From a virus (taxonomy: Duplodnaviria; Heunggongvirae; Uroviricota; Caudoviricetes): a stretch of DNA of 22,815 bases. Shown piece after piece: positions 12,423-22,815 of the stretch (the first letter of the stretch is position 1; each line of letters opens with the position of its first letter). The DNA is taken from IMG/VR virus record IMGVR_UViG_2609459792_000001, one strand, 5' to 3'. Both the position numbers and the translations under genes were made by a program. The notes under the pieces are model-generated. The model searched no databases and was not told the DNA's origin. It saw nothing but the letters and a program-made list of their open reading frames with translations.

Positions 12423-12776
12423 TCAGCGGCGACGGTTAACGGCAGGCGGTACGCCCCGCCCAAGCCAGAGATGACAGCTTCCGCCATCATCCGGCGAAAT
12501 CCGGTCTATCCAGAAGTTTTCCTCACCGATGGTCAGCGTGTCGCCGCGCCGCAGCTGCCGCACATCATCAGTCCGGACAAACAGGGACGGGCTGGAGCCT
12601 TCAACGCGCACGCCCTGTCCGGCATAGCTGATATTTTCAGGGTCATCAAAAACACCACGTATCACAGCACCGGACTGCTCACCGGATGTCATGGTGGCTG
12701 ACGTTCCCATGTACCCGCGTATCGTTTCATCGGCGCAGGCAATGGCAGCATCGAACAGGTTATCGAAATCAGCCAC
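12423..12776 (-). CDS. FII: Head-tail joining protein FII
   Basis: 117-aa ORF starting (GTG) MADFDNLFDAAIACADETIRGYMGTSA...; 11-nt gap after FI as in lambda. Confidence 0.92.
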   Translation of the reverse strand: MADFDNLFDAAIACADETIRGYMGTSATMTSGEQSGAVIRGVFDDPENISYAGQGVRVEGSSPSLFVRTDDVRQLRRGDTLTIGEENFWIDRISPDDGGSCHLWLGRGVPPAVNRRR

Positions 12777-12787
12777 AGCGCCTCCCG

Positions 12788-13183
12788 TTATTGCATTCTG
12801 GCCAGGCCGCGCTCTGTCATTTCAGCTGCCACACCGGCAGAGACACGGAACGCCGTTCCCGGCAGCACAAATGCCACAGCCTCATCCCGCGTGGCGTGAA
12901 GTGCATCAGTATGCAGCGTCACCAGTGCCACAACCGTGACCAGATCAGCCGTATCAGTCACGGTATCCGGCTGCGCTGATACAACCTCATTTTCATGTCC
13001 GGTCAGCACATTTTCCGGGCTGAGAGGGGTATCCTGATCGGCAGTGTCGCCCGTGTCATCAAGCTCTTCTTCCAGCTCTGCCACACGGAGCGCCAGTTCT
13101 TCTTTCGTCCCCGTCAGGCTGATATCACGGTTCAGTTGTTCACCCAGCGAGCGGAGACGGGCAATCAGTTCATCTTTCGTCAT
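12788..13183 (-). CDS. FI: DNA packaging protein FI
   Basis: 131 aa from ATG 13183 (MTKDELIARLRSLGEQLNRD...), GGAGGAG Shine-Dalgarno immediately upstream; 41-nt gap after E as in lambda. The ORF-track start at 13222 overlaps the E stop and lacks a ribosome-binding site. Confidence 0.9.
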   Translation of the reverse strand: MTKDELIARLRSLGEQLNRDISLTGTKEELALRVAELEEELDDTGDTADQDTPLSPENVLTGHENEVVSAQPDTVTDTADLVTVVALVTLHTDALHATRDEAVAFVLPGTAFRVSAGVAAEMTERGLARMQ

Positions 13184-13224
13184 GGACTCCTCCACAGAGA
13201 AACAATGGCCCCGAAGGGCCATGA

Positions 13225-14250
13225 TTACGCCAGTTGTACGGACACGAACGCATCAGGGTCAGCCAGCAGCATCAGCGGTGCTGACTGAATCATGGTGAAC
13301 TCACGCGCCGGATCGCCGGTGGTCACCCAGTTTTTCGGGTAGCGGGCAGAGGCGTTAATACCTTCGCGCTGTGCGTCCGCATCCTGAATGCAGCCATAGG
13401 TGCGCAGACCGCGTGCCTGAGTGTTCCCCAGCACCATCGTGTTGTCCGGCAGGAAGTTCTTTTTGACGTCGTTTTCCACGTACTGTCCGGAATACACGAC
13501 GATCGCCGTATCGCCATACATCCCCTTATAGGACACCGCTTCGCCCAGGTCTTTTACCGCTGTCTCCAGCTCGGAATTAGAGCCGCGACGGGTATCCAGC
13601 TTCTCCCTGACGGCTTTGAAGGAACGGAACAGCGCCCAGCCTTTCGGGTCAAACACGATGATATTCACCACGCCGCTGGCGTTCAGCGCGTAGGCTTCGA
13701 TATCGTCGGTCGGGTCATACGTGGACTTGTCACGCTTGCTCCACTCCGTGCCGCCGGACTGCGTGATATTGTTCGCCGCACTGCGGCCCATATCCACCTC
13801 AACCGGATCGAAGGCTTCACCGGTCATGGTGTATTTGCCCTTGAGCACGGCAGAAACTGCCTGCATCTCTTCGACCTGAGCAATGGCCAGCTCTTCGTCA
13901 CGCATGTTCTGCATGATGATGCGACGGCGGCGGTAAGCCGGGTCCGCCAGATTCTGCGGATCTTCATCCGGCAGGCGACGCAGGGTCATCTGCGGATTCA
14001 CCTCATGCTTGGGTTTGACATATCCCGGCGTAAATTCAGAGGTGGAGCCGCCACGGGAACGGATAACCTCACCGGAAACAATCGGCGAAACGTACAGCGC
14101 CATGTTTACCAGTCCCGGAATTTGTGAGAGATAGACTTTCTCCGTAGTGAAGGGATAGCTCTCACGGAAAAAGAGACGCAGAAACAGCGGATCAAACTTA
14201 AATTTCTGCTCATTTGCCGCCAGCAGCTGGGCGGTTGTGTACATCGACAT
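13225..14250 (-). CDS. E: Major capsid protein E
   Basis: 341 aa from ATG 14250 (MSMYTTAQLLAANEQKFKFDPLFLRLFF...), lambda gpE length; 55-nt D-E spacing as in lambda. Confidence 0.93.
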   Translation of the reverse strand: MSMYTTAQLLAANEQKFKFDPLFLRLFFRESYPFTTEKVYLSQIPGLVNMALYVSPIVSGEVIRSRGGSTSEFTPGYVKPKHEVNPQMTLRRLPDEDPQNLADPAYRRRRIIMQNMRDEELAIAQVEEMQAVSAVLKGKYTMTGEAFDPVEVDMGRSAANNITQSGGTEWSKRDKSTYDPTDDIEAYALNASGVVNIIVFDPKGWALFRSFKAVREKLDTRRGSNSELETAVKDLGEAVSYKGMYGDTAIVVYSGQYVENDVKKNFLPDNTMVLGNTQARGLRTYGCIQDADAQREGINASARYPKNWVTTGDPAREFTMIQSAPLMLLADPDAFVSVQLA

Positions 14251-14305
14251 AAAAAAATCCCGTAAAAAAAGCCGCACAGGCGGCCTTTAGTGATGAAGGG
14301 TAAAG

Positions 14306-14638
14306 TTAAACGATGCTGATTGCCGTTCCGGCAAACGCGGTCCGTTTTTTCGTCTCGTCGCTGGCAGCCTCCGGCCAGAGCACATCCTCATAACGGAACG
14401 TGCCGGACTTGTAGAACGTCAGTGTGGTGCTGGTCTGGTCAGCAGCAACCGCAAGAATGCCAACGGCAGCACCGTCGGTGGTGCCATCCCACGCAACCAG
14501 CTTACGGGTGGATGTGTCCAGCATCAGCGGGGTCATTGCAGGCGCTTTCGCACTCAATCCGCCGGGCGCGGTTGCGGTATGAGCCGGGTCACTATTGCCC
14601 AGCGGCTGGTAATGGGTAAAGGTTTCTTTGCTCGTCAT
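14306..14638 (-). CDS. D: Head decoration protein D
   Basis: 110 aa from ATG 14638 ([27 protein letters not shown]...); 9-nt gap after the C/Nu3 stop with AAGGG ribosome-binding site. Confidence 0.93.
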   Translation of the reverse strand: MTSKETFTHYQPLGNSDPAHTATAPGGLSAKAPAMTPLMLDTSTRKLVAWDGTTDGAAVGILAVAADQTSTTLTFYKSGTFRYEDVLWPEAASDETKKRTAFAGTAISIV

Positions 14639-14647
14639 AAACATCCC

Positions 14648-15253
14648 TTACACTGGTGTGTTCAGCAAATCGTTAACGGCATCAGATGCCGGGTTACCTG
14701 CAGCCAGCGGTGCCGGTGCCCCCTGCATCAGACGATCCAGCGCAGTGTCACTGCGCGCCTGTGCACTCTGTGGTGCAGCTGCCAGAATGCGGCGGGCCGT
14801 TTCCACGGTCATACCGGGGGTTTCTGCCAGCACGCGGGCCTGTTCTTCGCGTCCGTGAGCCTCCTCACAGTTGAGGATCCCCATAATGCGGCTGTTTTCT
14901 GCCGCAACCGCAGCGGTGATCTGCGCGTTCACGTCCGGCTGCGCCGCGCTGGCGTTTTCGCCCTCCGTCGCTGGCACTACGTCAGTAACGTCAGCCTGCG
15001 AAGCAGTGGCTGAAACAGTTGTTGATTGAGTCTCTTTGGTCATTCGCCCTCCTGAGAGACGGGATTTACGTGCATCCAGTGCATCACGCATAACGGTGAT
15101 CGCATCGGTGCTGTTGACAAGTTCATCAGCCAGTCCGGCATCAATGGCCTCCTGACCGCTGTACACTGCAGCCTCGGTATCCAGCACAGCCTGCACGGAC
15201 AGGCCGGTATATGCCGACACCTTCTGTGCAAACATCCGGCGGGTTGCATCCAT
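14648..15253 (-). CDS. nu3: Capsid scaffolding protein Nu3 (in-frame internal start within C)
   Basis: ATG at 15253 in the C frame (MDATRRMFAQKVSAYTGLSVQ...); 606 nt to the shared stop, identical to lambda Nu3 length. Confidence 0.8.
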   Translation of the reverse strand: MDATRRMFAQKVSAYTGLSVQAVLDTEAAVYSGQEAIDAGLADELVNSTDAITVMRDALDARKSRLSGGRMTKETQSTTVSATASQADVTDVVPATEGENASAAQPDVNAQITAAVAAENSRIMGILNCEEAHGREEQARVLAETPGMTVETARRILAAAPQSAQARSDTALDRLMQGAPAPLAAGNPASDAVNDLLNTPV

Positions 15254-15947
15254 CCGGGACTGCAATGTTTCCCGGACATCATCCGGTAGATGGCTGTAGG
15301 GGTTGCCATCCACCTTATGGCTGCCGCTGTAAATCAGCGTGATTTCCACGCCCTGTTTCTCCAGTGCAGCGCCGTAATTACTGTGAGCCATCATGACGCC
15401 GATGGAGCCTGTCCGGGCGGTCTGCGTGACCAGACGCCGGGAGGCGGCGCTGGCAAGCAACTGACCTGCACTGCAGTTCATGTCGTTGGCCAGCGCCCAT
15501 ACCGGCTTTATGTCACGCACACGGGCGATGATGTCAGCGCAGTCAAATGCCCCTGCCACCATCCCGCCTGGCGTATCCATATCGAGCAGAATGCCGTCCA
15601 CCATCGGGTCGCTGGCAGCCTGTTGCAGACGGGCGATAATGCCGTTGTAACCGGTCATCCCCGAATACGGCTGCAGCGCTCGCGTCCGACTGACCAGCGT
15701 GCCGGACACCGGCAGCACGGCGATGCCTTTCATGACCTGATAACTGCGGGCCTGTCGTGGTCCGTCATCATCAACGGATAACGCCAGCGCCGCGGGTGCC
15801 TCTCCGGCAGTCAGGCTGTCGCCGGATACCGCATCCGTCAGGCGGCTGATCCCAAGCTGGCCTGCAAGCGCACAAAAGAAAACCCGCGCATAGGCGGGTT
15901 CAAGCATCAGCGGCTCATTAAAGGCCATACTGGCAATATGCGGGAGA

Positions 15948-15967
<20 letters not shown>
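14648..15967 (-). CDS. C: Capsid assembly protease C (S49/ClpP-like head maturation protease)
   Basis: Probable GTG start at 15967 ((M)TAELRNLPHIASMAFNEPLMLEPAYARVFF...) with GAGGAGGAG Shine-Dalgarno 6-8 nt upstream, giving 439 aa and the lambda-like 20-nt overlap with B. The ORF-track ATG at 16114 would overlap B by 167 nt. Confidence 0.88.
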
Positions 15968-19648
<3,681 letters not shown>

Positions 19649-19674
<26 letters not shown>

Positions 19675-20194
19675 TCAGCAACCCCGGTATCAGTTCATCC
19701 AGCGCGGCTGCTTTGTTCATGGCTTTGATGATATCCCGTTTCAGGAAATCAACATGTCGGTTTTCCAGTTCCGGAAAACGCCGCTGCACCGACAGGGGGA
19801 TCCCGTCGAGAATACTGGCAATTTCACCTGCGATCCGCGACAGCACGAAAGTACAGAATGCGGTTTCCACCACTTCAGCTGAGTCTCTGGCATTCTTCAG
19901 TTCCTGTGCGTCGGCCTGCGCACGCGTAAGTCGATGGCGTTCGTACTCAATAGTCCCTGGCTGGAGATCTGCCTCGCTGGCCTGGCGCAGTTCTTCAACC
20001 TCCCGGCGCAGCTTTTCGTTCTCAATTTCAGCATCCCTTTCGGCATACCATTTTATAACGGCGGCAGAGTCATAAAGCACCTCATTACCCTTGCCACCGC
20101 CTCGCAGAACGGGCATTCCCTGTTCCTGCCAGTTCTGAATGGTACGGATACTCGCACCGAAAATGTCAGCCAGCTGCTTTTTGTTGACTTCCAT
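19649..20194 (-). CDS. nu1: Terminase small subunit Nu1
   Basis: 181-aa ORF (MEVNKKQLADIFGASIRTIQNWQEQGMPVLRGGGKGNEVLYD...) with N-terminal winged HTH; ATG lies 178 nt from cosN. Confidence 0.96.
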
Positions 20195-20214
20195 TGTTCA
20201 TTCCACGGCCAAAA

Positions 20215-20333
20215 ACAGAGAAAGGAAACGACAAAGGCCCAAAAGCTCGTTTTCAGCACCTGTCGTTTCCTTTCTTTTCAGGGGGTATTTTAAATAAAAA
20301 CATTAAGTTACAACGAAGAAGAACGGAAATGCC
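20215..20333 (-). other. cosB: terminase (gpNu1) binding-site region with R1, R2 and R3 repeats
   Basis: Three copies of the CGTTTCC(T/G)TTCT-type element between Nu1 and cosN: about 20215..20236, about 20261..20278 (inverted) and about 20311..20333. Confidence 0.7.
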
Positions 20334-20371
20334 TTAAACCGGAAAATTTTCATAAATAGCGAAAACCCGCG

Positions 20372-20383
20372 AGGTCGCCGCCC
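20372..20383 (-). other. cosN: 12-nt cohesive-end sequence GGGCGGCGACCT
   Basis: Plus strand reads aggtcgccgccc, the reverse complement of the lambda cohesive end, followed on the minus strand by CGCGGGTTTTCGCTATTTATGAAAATTTTCCGG, as at the lambda left end. Confidence 0.9.
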
Positions 20384-20582
20384 CGTAACCTGTCGGATCG
20401 CCGGAAAGGACCCGCAAAATGATAATAATTATCATCTGCATGTCACAACGTGCATCTACGCCATCAAACCACGTCAAATAATCAATTATGACGCAGGTAT
20501 CATATTAATTGATCTGCATCAACTTAACGTAAAAACAACTTCAGACAATACAAATCAGCGACACTGAATACGGGACAACCTC

Positions 20583-20816
20583 ATGTCAACGAAGAACAGA
20601 ACCCGCAGAACAACAACCCGCAACATCCGCTTTCCTAACCAAATGATTGAACAAATTAACATCGCTCTTGATCAAAAAGGGTCCGGGAATTTCTCAGCCT
20701 GGGTCATTGAAGCCTGCCGCCGGAGACTGTGCTCAGAAAAAAGAGTTTCTCCTGAAGCAAACAAAGAAAAGAGTGACATTACTGAATTGCTCAGAAAACA
20801 GATCAGACCAGATTGA
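20583..20816 (+). CDS. Ribbon-helix-helix DNA-binding protein, YlcI/YnfO (DUF3950)-like
   Basis: 77-aa ORF MSTKNRTRRTTTRNIRFPNQMIEQINIALDQKGSGNFSAWVIEACRRRL...; basic N-terminal tail then a beta-strand/helix pattern typical of Arc/CopG RHH proteins. Resembles small proteins found just before cos in lambda and E. coli cryptic prophages, by recollection. Confidence 0.8.
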   Translation: MSTKNRTRRTTTRNIRFPNQMIEQINIALDQKGSGNFSAWVIEACRRRLCSEKRVSPEANKEKSDITELLRKQIRPD

Positions 20817-20872
20817 AGCAATTTAGATAATCGTGCAGACTACACCCCTCATATCACATGGAAGGTACTACA

Positions 20873-21283
20873 ATGGCTCAGGTTGCCATTTTTAAACAAA
20901 TATTCGATAAAGTGCGAAATAATTTAAACTATCACTGGTTTTATTCTGAACTAAAACGTCACAATGTCTCACATTACATTTACTATTTAGCCACAGAGAA
21001 TATTCATCTTGTTCTTGAAAACGATAATACGGTTTTAATAAAAGGACAGGGTAAGGTTGTAAATGTAAGATTTTCAAAAAATAAATGCCTTATAGAAGCC
21101 ACCTTAAAAGGATTCAAATCAGGAGAGTTATCATTTTACGAATACAGGAAAAATCTTGCTACAGCAGGGGTTTTCAGATGGATTACAAATATCCACGAAA
21201 ACAAAAGGTATTACTATACCTTTGATAATTCATTACTCTTTACTGAGAACATTCAGAACACTACACAAATATTTCCGCACTAA
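20873..21283 (+). CDS. DUF1398 family protein (YbcV/YdfO-like)
   Basis: Start preferred at ATG 20873 ([43 protein letters not shown]...), with GGAAGG Shine-Dalgarno upstream; 136 aa. Strongly AT-rich compared with neighbouring phage genes. Confidence 0.8.
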   Translation: MAQVAIFKQIFDKVRNNLNYHWFYSELKRHNVSHYIYYLATENIHLVLENDNTVLIKGQGKVVNVRFSKNKCLIEATLKGFKSGELSFYEYRKNLATAGVFRWITNIHENKRYYYTFDNSLLFTENIQNTTQIFPH

Positions 21284-21804
21284 ATCATAACGTCCGGTTT
21301 CTTCCGTGCCAGAACCGGCCTCGCTGGCATGATGAAATATGTGTACCCGGTAACCCCGGTGTGCATCGTTTTTGATTATTCCCACACACTCGCGCAGAAG
21401 GAGTTCCCCGTCGGGCTACGGTCTCTGTTAATACGGGAATACGGCGACGATACAGCGCATGATGTGTCAGGCTTGAATACCTTTATCCTTTAAAAGGGAT
21501 ATCAGTTAAGTTATCCCGTGTAGGGTATAAGCCATTATCAAAGCCACTCTGTAGGAAGTGGCTTTTGTAATGGCAATAAAAAGCCCCGCGAATGCGAGGC
21601 TAAATCCTGGTATTTGTAATGACTGGCTCTTATCTCAACGCAGCCCCTTACCGCGCGCAAAATGCTCAATATCAAGCATCAGCAATGAGATGTTTAATCT
21701 GGATTCACTCCAGAAGTGAGCACCACCCTGTCTACAGAGCCAGATGTGAAGGATGATGAGTAAAATTATCGCTATCATCGAAGGCATTGCGTCCTGATGT
21801 ATTC

Positions 21805-22242
21805 CTAAAGCGTTCTCAGTGCTGTTTGGTCGCGGATAATTCCGTCCCGGATACCGAGAACGTTTCGTCCAGCAACTGGAGAGAGTTCGACGGTGGCATC
21901 ATTGCCCATGCCGGAGGCGCTGGAGGTTTCGGCTGAGGATGGCACAGGGCATTTTCCTTTGACGAGCACCCGACCACCATTATCAAGCTTGCGCCGAAGA
22001 GCATCATTTTCAGCTTTCGCATCAGCTAACTCCTTCGTGTATTTATCATCGAGTGCATCAGCATCACGCTGGCGCTGCTGCATGTCAGTAATGGTGGCGT
22101 TCGCCTTCTCCAGTTCACTGGCCTTGTTATCGCGCTGTTCTTTGTAGGCGATTGCATTATCACGGTAATGATTAACAGCCCATGACAGGCAGACGATGAT
22201 GCAGATAACCAGAGCGGAGATAATCGCGGTTACCCTGCTCAT
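21805..22242 (-). CDS. Rz: i-spanin Rz (inner-membrane spanin subunit)
   Basis: ATG 22242 overlaps the R stop (ATGA); [29 protein letters not shown]... gives an N-terminal TM helix followed by a charged coiled-coil region; 145 aa. Confidence 0.88.
   Translation of the reverse strand: MSRVTAIISALVICIIVCLSWAVNHYRDNAIAYKEQRDNKASELEKANATITDMQQRQRDADALDDKYTKELADAKAENDALRRKLDNGGRVLVKGKCPVPSSAETSSASGMGNDATVELSPVAGRNVLGIRDGIIRDQTALRTL
21816..22022 (-). CDS. Rz1: o-spanin Rz1 (outer-membrane lipoprotein), embedded in Rz in another frame
   Basis: 68-aa [42 protein letters not shown]...: signal peptide with VVGC lipobox followed by a Pro-rich segment, lying entirely within Rz. Confidence 0.8.
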   Translation of the reverse strand: MRKLKMMLFGASLIMVVGCSSKENALCHPQPKPPAPPAWAMMPPSNSLQLLDETFSVSGTELSATKQH

Positions 22243-22736
22243 TGTTGCCCCCACAAACAGACCTCACGCTCAATCTCACGACGAGTCATCAGGCCTTTCC
22301 ATTGCTTACCGCCAGCGTATGCCCAGCGACGTAGCTGGTCACATGCGCCCTTGATATCGCCCTGGTTTATTTTGCGAAGAAGAGTAGATGTTCTGAAATT
22401 GCCTGCGCCCACGTTATAGACGAACGAGTAAAGAGCGCCGCGCGTTGTTTCCGGTATATCGACTTTGATGTACGGGTTAATTTGTCTGGCTACCGTGGCA
22501 AGGTCTTTATTCAGGAGGGCTTTGCATTCTGCTTCGGTATACGTTTTACCGGGAATGATGTCTTTTCCTGTATGCCCGTGACATACAGTCCATACGCCAA
22601 CGATATCTTTGTATGGTATGTAGCTGACACCTTCCAGACCATCGTTACCACTTGGGCCAGTGATTAACACTGATGCTATAGCAATTGCTCCGCCACCAAT
22701 AGCAGCAGCAACGGCTTTTCGTAATGATGGAGGCAT
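22239..22736 (-). CDS. R: SAR endolysin (phage-type lysozyme, phage 21 R-like)
   Basis: 165-aa [63 protein letters not shown]...; Gly/Ala-rich N-terminal signal-anchor-release domain followed by a T4-lysozyme-like fold; ATG overlaps the S stop (TAATG). Confidence 0.92.
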   Translation of the reverse strand: MPPSLRKAVAAAIGGGAIAIASVLITGPSGNDGLEGVSYIPYKDIVGVWTVCHGHTGKDIIPGKTYTEAECKALLNKDLATVARQINPYIKVDIPETTRGALYSFVYNVGAGNFRTSTLLRKINQGDIKGACDQLRRWAYAGGKQWKGLMTRREIEREVCLWGQQ

Positions 22737-22815
22737 TATTCACCTCTCGCAGCCTTGCGCTTATCTTCTTTAATCTTGAAATAAAGGTTTGTCAGGTACG
22801 TCAGCAGGCCAAATA
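22736..22815 (-). CDS. S: Holin S (phage 21 pinholin-like), C-terminal 25 codons; 5' end beyond the window
   Basis: Minus-strand frame ending ...[25 protein letters not shown] then TAA at 22738..22736, overlapping the R start; matches the C-terminus of the S21 pinholin by recollection. Confidence 0.75.
   Translation of the reverse strand, partial: FGLLTYLTNLYFKIKEDKRKAARGE

Noticed and set aside
13183-14277. ORF-track N-terminal extensions of E (start 14277), D (14644), FI (13222), V (11463), Rz (22254) and the DUF1398 gene (20858)
   Set aside because: In each case an internal start reproduces lambda gene lengths and intergenic spacing and has a better-placed ribosome-binding site; the extensions are just the longest open frames.
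20372-20383. Possibility that the GGGCGGCGACCT site is a phage attachment (att) core or a prophage boundary
   Set aside because: It is cosN, flanked by terminase-binding repeats and by Nu1. No integrase, tRNA or att-like direct repeats occur in the window, so integration boundaries lie elsewhere.

Overview
Almost the whole window is the late (lysis + morphogenesis) region of a lambda-like siphovirus prophage of an E. coli-type host, encoded on the minus strand in lambda gene order: S(partial)-R-Rz/Rz1 | cosQ-cosN-cosB | Nu1-A-W-B-C/Nu3-D-E-FI-FII-Z-U-V-G/T-H-M-L-K-I-J-lom-stf(partial). Two small AT-rich accessory genes (an RHH YlcI/YnfO-like protein and a DUF1398 YbcV/YdfO-like protein) sit on the plus strand between the lysis cassette and cos. 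Head and tail-shaft genes are intact, lambda-length and lambda-spaced. The tail-tip genes K, I and J instead carry tight clusters of single-nucleotide indels: J is split into three ORFs, K has a 5' frameshift, and I is scrambled internally but still open. I found no tRNA, CRISPR array, IS element, integrase or att site, and no convincing evidence of a novel system. Worth a second look: the frameshift clusters (real decay versus assembly error), a non-lambda J receptor-binding domain, a phage-21-type lysis cassette on a lambda-type structural backbone, and about 0.5 kb of unassigned DNA where lambda carries bor. All homology calls rest on reading the translations against remembered lambda, phage 21 and E. 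coli K-12 prophage proteins; no database search was run.
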